A stretch of 64,000 nt of DNA from an uncultured delta proteobacterium (GTDB lineage Bacteria; Desulfobacterota; Desulfuromonadia; Geobacterales; Pseudopelobacteraceae): positions 288,001-352,000 of the forward strand of contig CAVYYZ010000011.1 of assembly GCA_963772835.1 (NCBI GenBank), written 5' to 3'. The notes beneath the pieces are model-generated. The model did no database searches and was not told the DNA's origin. It was given only the letters and a program-made list of their open reading frames with translations. The translations under genes and the position numbers were made by a program. This document shows, piece by piece, positions 1 through 10,665 of this stretch (position 1 is the first letter of the stretch; each line of letters starts with the position of its first letter).

Positions 1-1
1 C

Positions 2-337
2 GGGTACAGCTCAACCAATCACACAGCAGTGAGAGAAATGCTGCGGCAGGTCGGCCATCTCTCTCTGGATGAGAACGGCATTGCCGCAAGTGGTCTGATT
101 ATCCGCCACCTCGTGCTTCCTGAAGGGAAGGCAGGTACGGGAGAAACTCTCAAATGGATCGCTGAAAACTTAGGCCGTGAAACTCATATTGCCCTGATGA
201 ATCAATATTTTCCTGCACACCTGGCTCATCATAGCACAGGAATGCATCGTAAAGTTACTGAAGAAGAATATGATCAGGCCGTAGAGATCCTGCAGATTTG
301 TGATCTTGATAACGGATGGGTTCAAGAGAACGGGTGA
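2..337 (+). CDS. Radical SAM protein, PflX-like (3' part; 5' end outside window)
   Basis: GLIIRHLVLP...LMNQYFP is typical of the C-terminal half of PflX-like radical SAM proteins; CxxxCxxC motif not in window. Confidence 0.7.
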   Translation, partial: GYSSTNHTAVREMLRQVGHLSLDENGIAASGLIIRHLVLPEGKAGTGETLKWIAENLGRETHIALMNQYFPAHLAHHSTGMHRKVTEEEYDQAVEILQICDLDNGWVQENG

Positions 338-359
338 AATGTATCGGGAGCACGTAATT

Positions 360-854
360 ATGAACCGGAGCAAGAAAGACAAAATGTTACTTTTTTTCGA
401 TATTTGTGCAAAAATCGAGGGTCTGTGTGCGGAACTGTACCATTATTACAGTGATGTTTTTCAGGAGTACGACGAAGCTTCTCAACTGTGGAAAAAAACT
501 GCTTTAGAAGAGGAAAATCATAAGAGGCAGTTTGAATTGGCCAGTCGGCTTGGTGATAACTCAATATTTGAAGTAGATACAGACATGGACAAAACGTACA
601 GAATTTACGACAAGCTGCGGAAGCTTCTTGAACATGTCCGTAAGCATAGTCCCGATATCGTTACTGCTCTCACGAAAGCCATTGAGATGGAAGAATACCT
701 TGCGGATTTGCATATGGAGAGCTCCGTTCGATTCAATGACAATTCAATCAGGGAAATGTTTCAGGCAATGAGAGATTTTGATCAGGAACATGTCACATCG
801 TTAAAACGACTTCAGACAATTCTGATGCTGCCGAAATCTGTTATGACCGGATGA
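360..854 (+). CDS. Ferritin-like/rubrerythrin-family protein
   Basis: EEENH and DQEH ExxH-type helices, AIEMEE; GGGAG upstream of ATG 360 (alternative start 339). Confidence 0.7.
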   Translation: MNRSKKDKMLLFFDICAKIEGLCAELYHYYSDVFQEYDEASQLWKKTALEEENHKRQFELASRLGDNSIFEVDTDMDKTYRIYDKLRKLLEHVRKHSPDIVTALTKAIEMEEYLADLHMESSVRFNDNSIREMFQAMRDFDQEHVTSLKRLQTILMLPKSVMTG

Positions 855-1180
855 GGACCATAATACTTCTGATCATTTCCAACGTTTTTATGACATTCGC
901 CTGGTATGCCCACCTGAAAAATCTGAATAACAGGCATTGGTTCATTGCTGTTCTTGTTTCATGGGGGATTGCTTTTTTTGAATATCTTGTTCAGGTGCCG
1001 GCAAACAGGATGGGGTATTCCGGAAGTTTCTCACTGGCCCAGCTCAAGATCACTCAGGAGGTGATCACACTGTGTGTTTTTGTCCCTTTTGCCGTGTTAT
1101 ACATGGGGACAAGCCTGTCGTGGAATTTCCTCTGGGCTGGATGTTGTTTGGCCGGAGCCGTTTTCTTTATATTTCGATAA
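851..1180 (+). CDS. Small DMT-superfamily membrane protein (DUF486-like)
   Basis: 109 aa hydrophobic; [34 protein letters not shown] motifs; ATGA overlap with upstream stop. Confidence 0.85.
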   Translation: MRTIILLIISNVFMTFAWYAHLKNLNNRHWFIAVLVSWGIAFFEYLVQVPANRMGYSGSFSLAQLKITQEVITLCVFVPFAVLYMGTSLSWNFLWAGCCLAGAVFFIFR

Positions 1181-1203
1181 AATTACGAAGGAGTATTGTA
1201 TAC

Positions 1204-4200
1204 ATGCCTAAAAGAACAGACATTCATAAAATTCTCATCATCGGCGCCGGACCGATAGTCATTGGACAGGCCTGCGAATTTGATTATTCCGGTACTCAGG
1301 CATGCAAGTCATTAAAGGAAGAGGGCTACGAGGTTGTACTGCTGAACAGTAACCCGGCCACAATTATGACCGACCCCGATTTTGCCGACCGCACCTATAT
1401 AGAACCGGTCACGCCTGAGATTCTGGCCAAAATCATTGAGAAGGAGCGTCCTGACGCAGTGCTTCCGACCCTTGGTGGTCAGACTGCTCTTAATACCGCC
1501 GTTTCCGTCGCAGAAATGGGTATTCTGGAAAAATACGGTGTGGAACTTATAGGTGCTAAACTCCCGGCAATCAAGAAGGCAGAAGATCGCACGCTTTTCA
1601 AGGCGGCCATGGGGAAGATCGGGCTGGCAGTACCCAACTCCGGTTTGGCGCATAATAACGCAGAAGCGATGGAGGTTATCAAGACAATAGGCTTTCCGGC
1701 TATCATCCGGCCGTCATTCACTCTGGGAGGTAGCGGCGGCGGAATTGCCTATAACCTTGAAGAGTATGAAAAAATGGCGATGGGAGGAATTGACGCTTCG
1801 CCAACTGATGAAATACTTATTGAGGAGTCGGTCATCGGTTGGAAAGAGTACGAACTGGAAGTCATGCGTGACACCGCAGATAACGTTGTAATAATCTGCT
1901 CAATTGAAAATTTCGATCCGATGGGAGTACATACCGGTGACTCGATTACCATTGCTCCTGCCCAGACCCTGACTGATAAGGAATATCAGATCCTGCGCGA
2001 TGCATCGCTCAAAATCATTCGTGAGATCGGTGTCGATACCGGCGGTTCCAACATCCAGTTTGGCATAAACCCGCGTGATGGGCGCCTTGTGGTTATCGAA
2101 ATGAATCCTCGAGTGTCGCGATCATCGGCTCTGGCCTCCAAGGCAACCGGCTTTCCGATTGCTAAAATTGCAGCCAAACTGGCGGTCGGATATACTCTGG
2201 ATGAGGTCACCAATGACATCACCCGAGAAACACCGGCCTGCTTCGAGCCGAGTATTGACTATGTTGTTACCAAAATCCCGCGCTTTACGTTTGAGAAGTT
2301 TCCGGCCGCTGATGCAACCCTGACAACCCAGATGAAATCGGTTGGTGAAGTCATGTCGATTGGACGGACTTTCAAGGAATCATTCCAGAAAGCTATCAGG
2401 TCGCTTGAAATTGGAGTCAGCGGTTTTGACTCAAAGCTTTTTGATCTTGGATCTGAAACGAGACGTGCGCTGACCGGCAAGGAACAGCAACTCATGCTGG
2501 AAAAACTGCGGGTACCGAATGCAGACAGACTCTGGTATGTCGGCGATGCCTTGCGGAGCGGAATGAGCGTGGAAGAAATACAAAAACATACCGCTATTGA
2601 TCCCTGGTTCCTCCATAATATCCGTCAGATCATCGAAAAAGAGGATGAACTGAAGTCTCTTGCCATTACGGAAATTTCAGGTGCGGTGCTGCGCGAAGCG
2701 AAACAGTACGGCTTTTCAGACAAATTTCTGTCGAAACTCTGGAAAACCGGTGAGGATGAGGTGCGTGAGATGCGCTGGAGGCTGGGAGTACGCCCCGTAT
2801 ACAAGCGCGTTGATACCTGTGCCGCCGAGTTCGTTGCCTACACTCCCTATATGTACTCAACGTATGAGGAAGAGTGTGAGTCTGCACCAACCGATAGAAA
2901 AAAAATCATGATTCTGGGAGGGGGACCAAACCGGATCGGGCAGGGAATCGAGTTTGATTACTGTTGCGTGCATGGTGCCTTTGCATTGGCTGAAGACGGG
3001 TATGAAACTATCATGGTCAACTGTAATCCGGAAACTGTTTCCACTGACTACGATACATCGGATCGGCTCTATTTCGAGCCGTTAACTTTGGAGGATGTCC
3101 TTGAGATTGTGGCCAAAGAGAAGCCTGTTGGCGTGATTGTTCAATTCGGCGGGCAGACGCCTCTCAAGCTGGCTGTAGCACTGGAAAAAGCCGGTGTGCC
3201 GATAATTGGGACTTCACCTGACGCGATCGACCGTGCTGAAGATCGTGAACGTTTTCAGGAAATGCTTCACAAGTTAGGTCTTCTTCAACCGGAAAACGGC
3301 ACGGCCAGGACTTTTGAAGAAGCGGAAAAAGTAGTGGAACGCATTGGTTATCCGGTCGTAGTACGCCCCTCATACGTTCTCGGCGGCCGCGCAATGGAAA
3401 TTGTGTATGATTCTGAAAACCTGCAGCGCTATATGAAAACGGCTGTGCTGGTTTCTCCCGAACATCCGATTCTGATTGACAGCTTTCTGGATGAGGCGAT
3501 CGAGATTGATGTCGATGCACTCTGTGACGGAACCGATGTGGTTATCGGCGGGATCATGGAGCATATCGAAGAGGCGGGCATTCATTCCGGTGATTCGGCC
3601 TGTAGTCTGCCTCCATACTCGATCAGCCAGGAAATTGTGGCCGAAATTCGCAGGCAGACGGTTCTTATGGCACTTGAGCTGAACGTTATAGGTCTGATGA
3701 ACGTACAGTACGCCGTTAAAGGAACTGTCGTTTATATTCTGGAGGTAAATCCCCGCGCTTCACGCACATCACCATTTGTCTCGAAGGCAACCGGCCGGCC
3801 TCTGGCAAAGATAGCCGCTCGCATCATGGCTGGGAAAACCCTTAAAGAACTCGGGGTGGTCGAAGATATCATTCCAAAGCATATTTCTGTAAAAGAGGCT
3901 GTTTTTCCGTTTGTAAAATTTCCTGGTGTCGATACTCTTCTTGGTCCCGAAATGAAATCAACCGGAGAGGTAATGGGGATTGGTGAAACTTTTGCCGAAG
4001 CTTTTGCCAAATCACAGCTGGGGGCAAATGTAAATCTGCCTCTGTCCGGAAATGTCTTTATCAGTGTCCGGGATGCTGACAAGAAACATGTTGTCAGCGC
4101 TGCCGAAAAACTGTATAAAGCCGGATTCGGTATACTTGCAACAGGTGGAACTGCTTTGTTTCTTGAAGAAAAAGGAATTCCGGTCCGGCGCGTTAACAAG

Positions 4201-4437
4201 GTGCTGGAGGGACGTCCGCATATTGTTGATGCCATCAAGAACGGAGAGGTTCAGCTGGTTCTTAACACCACTCAAGGAGCCCAGGCGGTGGCTGATTCTT
4301 TCTCAATCCGGAGAGAGTCATTAATGCATGGGCTTGCGTATTATACGACTGTTGCGGGGGCAAAAGCCGTTGCCGACAGTATTATACTGTTAAAAAATCA
4401 GGAGCTGGGTGTTAAACCGATTCAGGATTATCTTTAG
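1204..4437 (+). CDS. carB: Carbamoyl-phosphate synthase large subunit
   Basis: [30 protein letters not shown] start, duplicated ATP-grasp halves, C-terminal MGS domain; AAGGAG RBS before ATG 1204. Confidence 0.98.
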   Translation: MPKRTDIHKILIIGAGPIVIGQACEFDYSGTQACKSLKEEGYEVVLLNSNPATIMTDPDFADRTYIEPVTPEILAKIIEKERPDAVLPTLGGQTALNTAVSVAEMGILEKYGVELIGAKLPAIKKAEDRTLFKAAMGKIGLAVPNSGLAHNNAEAMEVIKTIGFPAIIRPSFTLGGSGGGIAYNLEEYEKMAMGGIDASPTDEILIEESVIGWKEYELEVMRDTADNVVIICSIENFDPMGVHTGDSITIAPAQTLTDKEYQILRDASLKIIREIGVDTGGSNIQFGINPRDGRLVVIEMNPRVSRSSALASKATGFPIAKIAAKLAVGYTLDEVTNDITRETPACFEPSIDYVVTKIPRFTFEKFPAADATLTTQMKSVGEVMSIGRTFKESFQKAIRSLEIGVSGFDSKLFDLGSETRRALTGKEQQLMLEKLRVPNADRLWYVGDALRSGMSVEEIQKHTAIDPWFLHNIRQIIEKEDELKSLAITEISGAVLREAKQYGFSDKFLSKLWKTGEDEVREMRWRLGVRPVYKRVDTCAAEFVAYTPYMYSTYEEECESAPTDRKKIMILGGGPNRIGQGIEFDYCCVHGAFALAEDGYETIMVNCNPETVSTDYDTSDRLYFEPLTLEDVLEIVAKEKPVGVIVQFGGQTPLKLAVALEKAGVPIIGTSPDAIDRAEDRERFQEMLHKLGLLQPENGTARTFEEAEKVVERIGYPVVVRPSYVLGGRAMEIVYDSENLQRYMKTAVLVSPEHPILIDSFLDEAIEIDVDALCDGTDVVIGGIMEHIEEAGIHSGDSACSLPPYSISQEIVAEIRRQTVLMALELNVIGLMNVQYAVKGTVVYILEVNPRASRTSPFVSKATGRPLAKIAARIMAGKTLKELGVVEDIIPKHISVKEAVFPFVKFPGVDTLLGPEMKSTGEVMGIGETFAEAFAKSQLGANVNLPLSGNVFISVRDADKKHVVSAAEKLYKAGFGILATGGTALFLEEKGIPVRRVNKVLEGRPHIVDAIKNGEVQLVLNTTQGAQAVADSFSIRRESLMHGLAYYTTVAGAKAVADSIILLKNQELGVKPIQDYL

Positions 4438-4568
4438 TACGGTAGAAAGTGCTATGCGCTTTTAGGGCATTAAACAAGATGCTATTGTTTTTATAGATAC
4501 TTTCATGTTCGTATGTATCCCTTTTACAGGGCACGTTGAAATATTTTTGTACAGGAGCAGACCACTAG

Positions 4569-5045
4569 ATGTCCCATTCTATACCGGTAACAAAAGAGAG
4601 CTTTGAAGCGTTGCAGGAAGAGTTAAAGCGTCTGATTCGTGAAGAACGGCCCAAGGTGATTCAGGATATTTCCGAAGCTCGTGATCATGGAGATCTGTCA
4701 GAAAATGCTGAATATGATGCTGCTAAAAATCGTCAGGGTTTTATTGAAGGGCGCATACAGGAAATAAACGGCAAATTGGCCCGTGCACACGTTGTTGATC
4801 TCTCTGGTTTGAAACCGGATAAAGTTGTGTTTGGCTGCACGGTGACGGTGTACGATACGGCATCTGAAGAAGAGGCAACCTACAAGATTGTTGGCGAGGA
4901 CGAAGCCGATATTAAATTAAGCAAAATATCCTGTACGTCACCTGTCGGAAAAGCACTGATCGGCCACAAACTTGATGATTCGGTACGAGTGATTGTCCCG
5001 TCAGGTACAAAGGAATACGAAATACTTGATATTAAATACGAATAG
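4569..5045 (+). CDS. greA: Transcription elongation factor GreA
   Basis: ARDHGDLSENAEYDAAK and SPVGKALIG motifs; follows carB. Confidence 0.96.
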   Translation: MSHSIPVTKESFEALQEELKRLIREERPKVIQDISEARDHGDLSENAEYDAAKNRQGFIEGRIQEINGKLARAHVVDLSGLKPDKVVFGCTVTVYDTASEEEATYKIVGEDEADIKLSKISCTSPVGKALIGHKLDDSVRVIVPSGTKEYEILDIKYE

Positions 5046-5078
5046 AATTAGATTGATACCAGATAAGAGGAGTCACCA

Positions 5079-5276
5079 ATGGCAGGAATTACTAAAGATA
5101 TGACGTTTTTTGAACTGATGCGTACCTATCCTGAGTCTGTCAGGGTGCTTCAGAAACATAACCTTGGCTGTGTAGGATGCATGGGAGCCCAGAATGAAAG
5201 CCTTGAACAGGGTGCCAGGGCGCATGGCCTTGATGTTGACACACTGCTCAGTGACTTAAACGCAGCAATCGGTTAA
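5079..5276 (+). CDS. DUF1858 / hybrid-cluster-associated redox disulfide small protein
   Basis: ITKDMT...GCVGCMGAQNESLEQGARAHG pattern with CxxC; AGGAG RBS. Confidence 0.85.
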   Translation: MAGITKDMTFFELMRTYPESVRVLQKHNLGCVGCMGAQNESLEQGARAHGLDVDTLLSDLNAAIG

Positions 5277-5382
5277 CCGGACTGCAGTAAATACTCACCG
5301 CGACCCCCATGAATTGCTTTGTGGGGGTCGATCTGTTTGGTGGTATACTCCCGATAAAGTGTCACTTTTTGCGAGGTTTTCT

Positions 5383-6324
5383 TTGAATAGACCGGCTCGG
5401 CCCCATGCATTCACGACTGTCTTTGATACTCTCTCCCGGCAGTATCTGCAGGGGAAGGATGAAGTGTTGCGTTTGTCGGCAATCGCTCTTCTGGTAGGTG
5501 GGCACATTCTGGTTGAGGATCTGCCCGGACTTGGCAAGACGACCGTAGCCCTTGCGCTTGCCGGGATTACCGGGCTCAGCTTCGGAAGGGTACAGTGTAC
5601 CAGCGATCTTCTCCCGTCTGATATCACCGGGCTTTCAATTTTTAAGCGCGAAGGTGGGGTATTCAGTTTTCAACCCGGTCCAATCTTCAACAATATTGTT
5701 CTGCTTGATGAAATAAACCGTGCCATGCCGCGTACCCAGAGCGCCATGCTTGAAGCGATGGAGGAGCGGCGTGTAACAATTGAAGGCGTAACACACCCAC
5801 TCCCTGATCCATTCATGGTATTTGCAACCCAGAACCCTTCTGATCAGAGCGGCACTTTTCTGCTTCCTGAATCTCAGTTGGATCGTTTTCTGATCTGTAC
5901 CGGTATCGGATATCCTGCGGAACCGCTGGAGCGGGAAATTATAGCAGGAGGCGGCATCCGTGAACGGATCAGCAGTATGATACCGCTGATAACACCTGCT
6001 GAAATAACCGCTGCAAGGAGAGACGTTTTGGCGATCTATCTCTCAGACAAGGTGCTTTCCTATATTCATAATCTGGTTCTGGCAACTCGTTGCCACGATC
6101 TGATACTGACCGGACTTTCGACACGGGCTGCAATAAATCTGGCCCAGGCCTCCAAAGCTGCCGCGTATCTGGCGGGGCGCGACTATGTTGCGCCGGACGA
6201 CGTCAAGAACATTGTCGTATCGGTCTGTGCCCATCGGTTGATTATGCGGAGTGACATGTCAGCCTCCGACAGGGGAGGGGTGATACGGACAATCGTCGCC
6301 GGTATAGCGTTGCCTTTGGCCTGA
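5383..6324 (+). CDS. MoxR-family AAA+ ATPase
   Basis: GHILVEDLPGLGKT, RVQCTSDLLPSD, LLDEINRA, FATQNP; TTG start at 5383 chosen from the GAGG RBS and TGnTATACT -10 at 5341-5349. Confidence 0.92.
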   Translation: MNRPARPHAFTTVFDTLSRQYLQGKDEVLRLSAIALLVGGHILVEDLPGLGKTTVALALAGITGLSFGRVQCTSDLLPSDITGLSIFKREGGVFSFQPGPIFNNIVLLDEINRAMPRTQSAMLEAMEERRVTIEGVTHPLPDPFMVFATQNPSDQSGTFLLPESQLDRFLICTGIGYPAEPLEREIIAGGGIRERISSMIPLITPAEITAARRDVLAIYLSDKVLSYIHNLVLATRCHDLILTGLSTRAAINLAQASKAAAYLAGRDYVAPDDVKNIVVSVCAHRLIMRSDMSASDRGGVIRTIVAGIALPLA

Positions 6325-7187
6325 AAATAAGTAAATCCGGTGCACTTTATATTCTGATTACGCTCCTGCTCGGTTTTGCTGCGGTTAATACCGGCAACAA
6401 TCTGCTGTTTCTGATCGTTTCCGGTTTACTGGCATTTATGTCGGTCACCGGTCTGGCAGGAATGTACAATATCAAAGTACTCATTCCCGACCTTCTCCCT
6501 CCTGAAGAAATTTACGCCGGAATTCCCGCCCCTTTCCGTTTATCCGTACGTAATAATAAACGATATCTTCCCTCCTTTCTTATCCGAGTCGAGAACCAGG
6601 GCGGGCACGCTCTTGTTTTTCCCGTACTGCTGCAGAACTCTACAACTCATGGGACTGTTTTTGTTACATTCAACCAACGGGGGCCGGCTCCACTTGGAAG
6701 AATAACAATCAGCTCACCATATCCGGTCGGTTTTTTTACCCGTTTCTGGAGTTTTGAAAACAGCACTATGGTAACGGTATTTCCACGCCCGATAGCATTC
6801 CTGCTACGCGTTGGCGGTGATGAATCTCCGGCAACCGGATCAGGACTGCGCCGGGATCGTGGTTTAAGCGGAGAATTAGAACGGATATATCCGTATTCCG
6901 GATCGGAACCGCTCCGGATGATCCATTGGAAGCTATCAGCACGCAGCAATGATTTTATGGTAAAGGGTTTCGGCAGATCTGTTGCTGCTCCACTGATGAT
7001 AGATCTGGACGCAATAACGGGGCAGGGTGTGGAAGAAAGGTTGTCCCGCGCTGCCTGGCTGGTTCAGCGCTGGGTGCGTGAGCGTCCGGTCGGGATTAAG
7101 CTAGGCGCCCGTGTCCTGTCTACCGGCATCGGAAGGCAGCACGGTCTTATGCTGCTGAAGGAATTGGCGTTGTATGGTTGCGATTAG
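6321..7187 (+). CDS. DUF58 family protein (MoxR-associated)
   Basis: In-frame N-terminal TM segment AAVNTGNNLLFL upstream of ATG 6438; SPYPVGFF and YPYSGSEPLRMIHWKLSAR motifs; start uncertain. Confidence 0.85.
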   Translation: MKISKSGALYILITLLLGFAAVNTGNNLLFLIVSGLLAFMSVTGLAGMYNIKVLIPDLLPPEEIYAGIPAPFRLSVRNNKRYLPSFLIRVENQGGHALVFPVLLQNSTTHGTVFVTFNQRGPAPLGRITISSPYPVGFFTRFWSFENSTMVTVFPRPIAFLLRVGGDESPATGSGLRRDRGLSGELERIYPYSGSEPLRMIHWKLSARSNDFMVKGFGRSVAAPLMIDLDAITGQGVEERLSRAAWLVQRWVRERPVGIKLGARVLSTGIGRQHGLMLLKELALYGCD

Positions 7188-9102
7188 ATCTCTGACATCA
7201 CTATTGACCTATCTCATCGGTTTGTGCGGGATAATCCCACTCTTCCCCTGGTTGACGATGTTTCCTCGCGCGATTCTGGTGGCCGGACTGTTGTCCGGAG
7301 TCTGGCAGGATCGCAGAGGGAGTTGGCCGATGAGACCATGGATGCAGAACATTTTGATTGTACCGGTTTTTTTGTATTACGCTCTCCAATTCAGTCGTGC
7401 CAACCCGACTCAACCGGTAATCAGTGTGCTGGCAATAATGCTCGCAGTCCGGTTCAGCGGTGAAAAAACGATTCGTCACAGCGTGCAAATTTATGCTCTA
7501 TCGATATTCTGTCTAGCTTCTTCATCTCTTTTTGATTTGAGCCCTGTGTTTTTGATATATCTCGGTTTACTCATTTTTTTGGGCGCCATTGCCCTGGAAC
7601 TATTGACTTTCCAGAATCAGGACTTCGCCATGACGGTATCGATACCAGATCTGAAAAGGATTTTGCTTTCAGGATTGCTGATGCCTGTTCTGGCTGTTCC
7701 TCTGCTGCTGTTTTTTTTCCCGATAATGCCGCGTACCCAGGTACCACTCTGGCATTTTCTCAATCCGCCGGCATCGCGTACGACCGGATATTCTGATACG
7801 GTAGATCCTGGTGGCCACAGCAGTATTGTTGAATCTCGTACACTGGCCTTCCGTGCCGAAATGCCGCAAATATCGCTGTCACAGATTTACTGGCGCGGGA
7901 CAGTCTTCAACAGGACAGACGGAATCAAATGGATCCGCTCCACTCAGATTCCATCTGAGCAGACTGATTTTACCGGCACAACAGTAGCTCAGACGATCTA
8001 TCCTGAACCGTCTGCCGCCCGGAATCTGATAGCGCTTGACCGTCCTGCAACAATCGCTCTGCAACGAGTAAAACGCGCACCTGACGGGGTCTTTGAACTT
8101 GTAGGAACAACCGGAAGGCGGCTCAGTTATATCGCCAATTCAATTTCAAGCGGTGTAGTACCACAACGCAACCCAGTTAACAGACCATTTTATTTGCAGC
8201 TTCCTGAGAAGATGTCTCCCCGGATACAGGCATTTGCCTCGAAAATTGTTCGATTCGGAAAAGGTGATCGATCCAGAGTCGAATATCTGGAGAACCATTT
8301 CCGTAACGGAGGATACCGCTATTCAACCAGTGACCTGACGACCGGGGACAGAGCACTTGAACAGTTTCTCTTTGAAAAAAAACAGGGAAATTGTGAGTTT
8401 TTTGCATCGTCTTTTGCCGTTCTGCTGCGCGCTGCCGGTGTGCCATGCCGACTGGTAGGCGGATATCTGGGCGGCGAATATAACCAGTTGGGAGGTTATT
8501 ATCTTGTCAGTGACGATAAGGCTCATGTGTGGGTGGAGGCTTATATAGATGGGAGCGGATGGGTACGTATCGATCCCAGCAGTTTTGCTGCCAACGCCGG
8601 AGAAGTCTGGAAATCTACAGTATCATCCAGTCTTAAACTCCGTATTAATCAGACTATTGATTCTTTGAATCACATGTGGAACCGGTCTGTTATAACGTAC
8701 GACTTAGAGCAACAGATTACTATTGCCCGTTCAGTCGGGACACGTCTGCAGGGAGTTGGATCTATAGCAACTCTGCGTAGAACTGCGCCGTTTATTGCCG
8801 CCACTCTCCTGTTTGCCGTTCTGCTGATTGCGTCTAGGAAAGCGTTGCTATTCCAATCCCGTGAACGTCGGATCCTCAATCGTTTTCTTCAATCTGTTGG
8901 CAGTGAATGTGATATTGCACCATCGGTTGATGATTTTGGATTATTTGAGATTGCTTCAGCGGCAGATAACTCTCATGTCTCTGAATTTGTTGCCATCTAT
9001 GCCGGAGCGATTTATCACGACCGAAAACTTACGGATAACGAGTATCTTTATTTGAAGCAGATTCTTGCAGCTTTTAAGAGAGGAAAGGCAAAAAAACCTT
9101 GA
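7174..9102 (+). CDS. Membrane transglutaminase-like protein (TgpA/DUF3488 type)
   Basis: N-terminal TMs, YWRG, GNCEFFASS (catalytic Cys), AHVWVEAY, WVRIDP. Confidence 0.9.
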   Translation: MVAIRSLTSLLTYLIGLCGIIPLFPWLTMFPRAILVAGLLSGVWQDRRGSWPMRPWMQNILIVPVFLYYALQFSRANPTQPVISVLAIMLAVRFSGEKTIRHSVQIYALSIFCLASSSLFDLSPVFLIYLGLLIFLGAIALELLTFQNQDFAMTVSIPDLKRILLSGLLMPVLAVPLLLFFFPIMPRTQVPLWHFLNPPASRTTGYSDTVDPGGHSSIVESRTLAFRAEMPQISLSQIYWRGTVFNRTDGIKWIRSTQIPSEQTDFTGTTVAQTIYPEPSAARNLIALDRPATIALQRVKRAPDGVFELVGTTGRRLSYIANSISSGVVPQRNPVNRPFYLQLPEKMSPRIQAFASKIVRFGKGDRSRVEYLENHFRNGGYRYSTSDLTTGDRALEQFLFEKKQGNCEFFASSFAVLLRAAGVPCRLVGGYLGGEYNQLGGYYLVSDDKAHVWVEAYIDGSGWVRIDPSSFAANAGEVWKSTVSSSLKLRINQTIDSLNHMWNRSVITYDLEQQITIARSVGTRLQGVGSIATLRRTAPFIAATLLFAVLLIASRKALLFQSRERRILNRFLQSVGSECDIAPSVDDFGLFEIASAADNSHVSEFVAIYAGAIYHDRKLTDNEYLYLKQILAAFKRGKAKKP

Positions 9103-9128
9103 CTTGGAACCTCGATTCGGGCTATTAA
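9099..9128 (+). promoter_or_regulatory. Putative sigma70 promoter of tRNA-His
   Basis: TTGACT-N18-TATTAA just upstream of the tRNA. Confidence 0.45.
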
Positions 9129-9142
9129 ATCCGTTCTTATAT

Positions 9143-9219
9143 GGTGGCTGTGGTGAAGCGGTTAACACGTGCGACTGTGACTCGCATATTCGAGGGTTCG
9201 ATACCCTCCAGCCACCCCA
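9143..9219 (+). tRNA. tRNA-His(GTG)
   Basis: G-1 plus acceptor stem GTGGCTG/CAGCCAC, anticodon arm TGCGA-CTGTGAC-TCGCA, GGTTCGATACC T-arm, encoded CCA. Confidence 0.96.
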
Positions 9220-9226
9220 AAAACTC

Positions 9227-9259
9227 AAAGGCCGCGTCGATTGACGCGGCCTTTTTTTT
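9227..9259 (+). terminator. Rho-independent terminator (probably bidirectional)
   Basis: AAAGGCCGCGTC-GATT-GACGCGGCCTTT followed by a T-run; lies between tRNA-His and the convergent TatD gene. Confidence 0.9.
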
Positions 9260-9277
9260 CGATCGTTTCCTGTCGTA

Positions 9278-10663
9278 CTATCCTACCTCTGTATACTCGC
9301 GCACGCGAAATTCCGCCCCCAGTGATTCCGCTAGTACCCGGCAGGCTGTTACATCAATATCCGGTACCGTCACTATACTGGCAATAACCTGCGGAATGTG
9401 CGCCGATGCAGACCGTATAAAATCGCAAACGCCGGAAAAACCGGCTTCACCAAAGGGGGTGTTGCAGAGACGTCTGTACGTGGCGGAATCAGCGGCATTC
9501 AGACTTATGGAGATGCTGTCCACAAGGCCTGCCAGTTCCGGCAGGATGTTTTTACCATGTGCCAGGTTGGCCTGGCCATCGGTGTTAATACGCACGTGGT
9601 AGCCGCGCAATTTGAGGACGCCAGCCACCTGTTTGACCAGGTCCAACCGGATCAGTGGCTCTCCGTAGCCGCAAAATACCACTTCATCAATCCCTTCCGG
9701 TTGACCGATTGCTGCAATTATTTCTTCAAAGGTAGGTTCCGCCTCGAGTAGCAGGTTATGTCCCTTTACCGTGAAGTCGTCGAATTTTGCACAGAAGGAA
9801 CATCGGTTTGAACAGCGGTTGGTGATATTCAGATACAACGAGTTGCGAATTCTGTAGGCAATCTTGGTCGATTGGTCCCAGAGGCGTATGCCGAATAGGT
9901 CACCGGCATTCTTGGTTGTGATCCGGGCAACATCATCCAGGGTCAACCCTTTTAATTCGGCGAGTTTTTCGGCAGCCAACCGCGCATATGCCGGTTCGTT
10001 GCGTTTTCCACGATGTGGAACCGGAGTCAGGTAAGGGCAGTCAGTCTCAACCATCATGTGGTCTATGCTGACTGACCGTACGACTTCCTGCAGGCTTTGG
10101 TTACCGGGGTACGTGATTGTTCCGGGTATTGATATATGGAATCCGAGCGAGATCGCTTCGGAAGCCATAGCGGCATCTCCTGAAAAACAGTGCAGGACGC
10201 CTTTTCGTACCGACTCCTCTCGAATAATTGTCATGACACGGATATGAGCATCGCGATCATGTATGATAACCGGTTTGTCCAGTTCTGCTGCAATCCGGAG
10301 AAAACGGCGAAAAACCAACTCCTGCAGATCTCGCGGAGAACGGTCGCGGTAGAAATCAAGACCTATCTCACCGATGGCAACAACCTTGAGACTTGAGACA
10401 GCAAGGTCCCTGATGATTGTGTAACAGGCATCGGTTACCCGCCCTGCGTCATGGGGATGAATGCCGACAGCTGCGTACAGTTGAGGGTATTTCTCTGCCA
10501 GTTTTACTGATTCCCAACTGGATTCAATATCGGTACCGACAACAAGAATGGCAGAAACACCTGCATCTTCAGCACGTTTCAGCATGTCGTCAAAGTCTCC
10601 GGCGTAGTCCCTGTAGTAAATATGTGCGTGGGAATCAATCAGGACATGTTTTTTATCCAACAT
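9278..10663 (-). CDS. TatD-family hydrolase fused to a C-terminal radical SAM domain
   Basis: DSHAH, GIHPH, GEIGLD, HDRDAH, ETDCPYL (TatD); YLNITNRCSNRCSFC and VFCGYGEP (radical SAM). Confidence 0.92.
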   Translation of the reverse strand: MLDKKHVLIDSHAHIYYRDYAGDFDDMLKRAEDAGVSAILVVGTDIESSWESVKLAEKYPQLYAAVGIHPHDAGRVTDACYTIIRDLAVSSLKVVAIGEIGLDFYRDRSPRDLQELVFRRFLRIAAELDKPVIIHDRDAHIRVMTIIREESVRKGVLHCFSGDAAMASEAISLGFHISIPGTITYPGNQSLQEVVRSVSIDHMMVETDCPYLTPVPHRGKRNEPAYARLAAEKLAELKGLTLDDVARITTKNAGDLFGIRLWDQSTKIAYRIRNSLYLNITNRCSNRCSFCAKFDDFTVKGHNLLLEAEPTFEEIIAAIGQPEGIDEVVFCGYGEPLIRLDLVKQVAGVLKLRGYHVRINTDGQANLAHGKNILPELAGLVDSISISLNAADSATYRRLCNTPFGEAGFSGVCDFIRSASAHIPQVIASIVTVPDIDVTACRVLAESLGAEFRVREYTEVG

Positions 10664-10665
10664 AA

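Noticed and set aside
9141..9602. 153-aa plus-strand ORF
   Set aside because: It overlaps tRNA-His, its terminator and the antisense of the TatD fusion gene.
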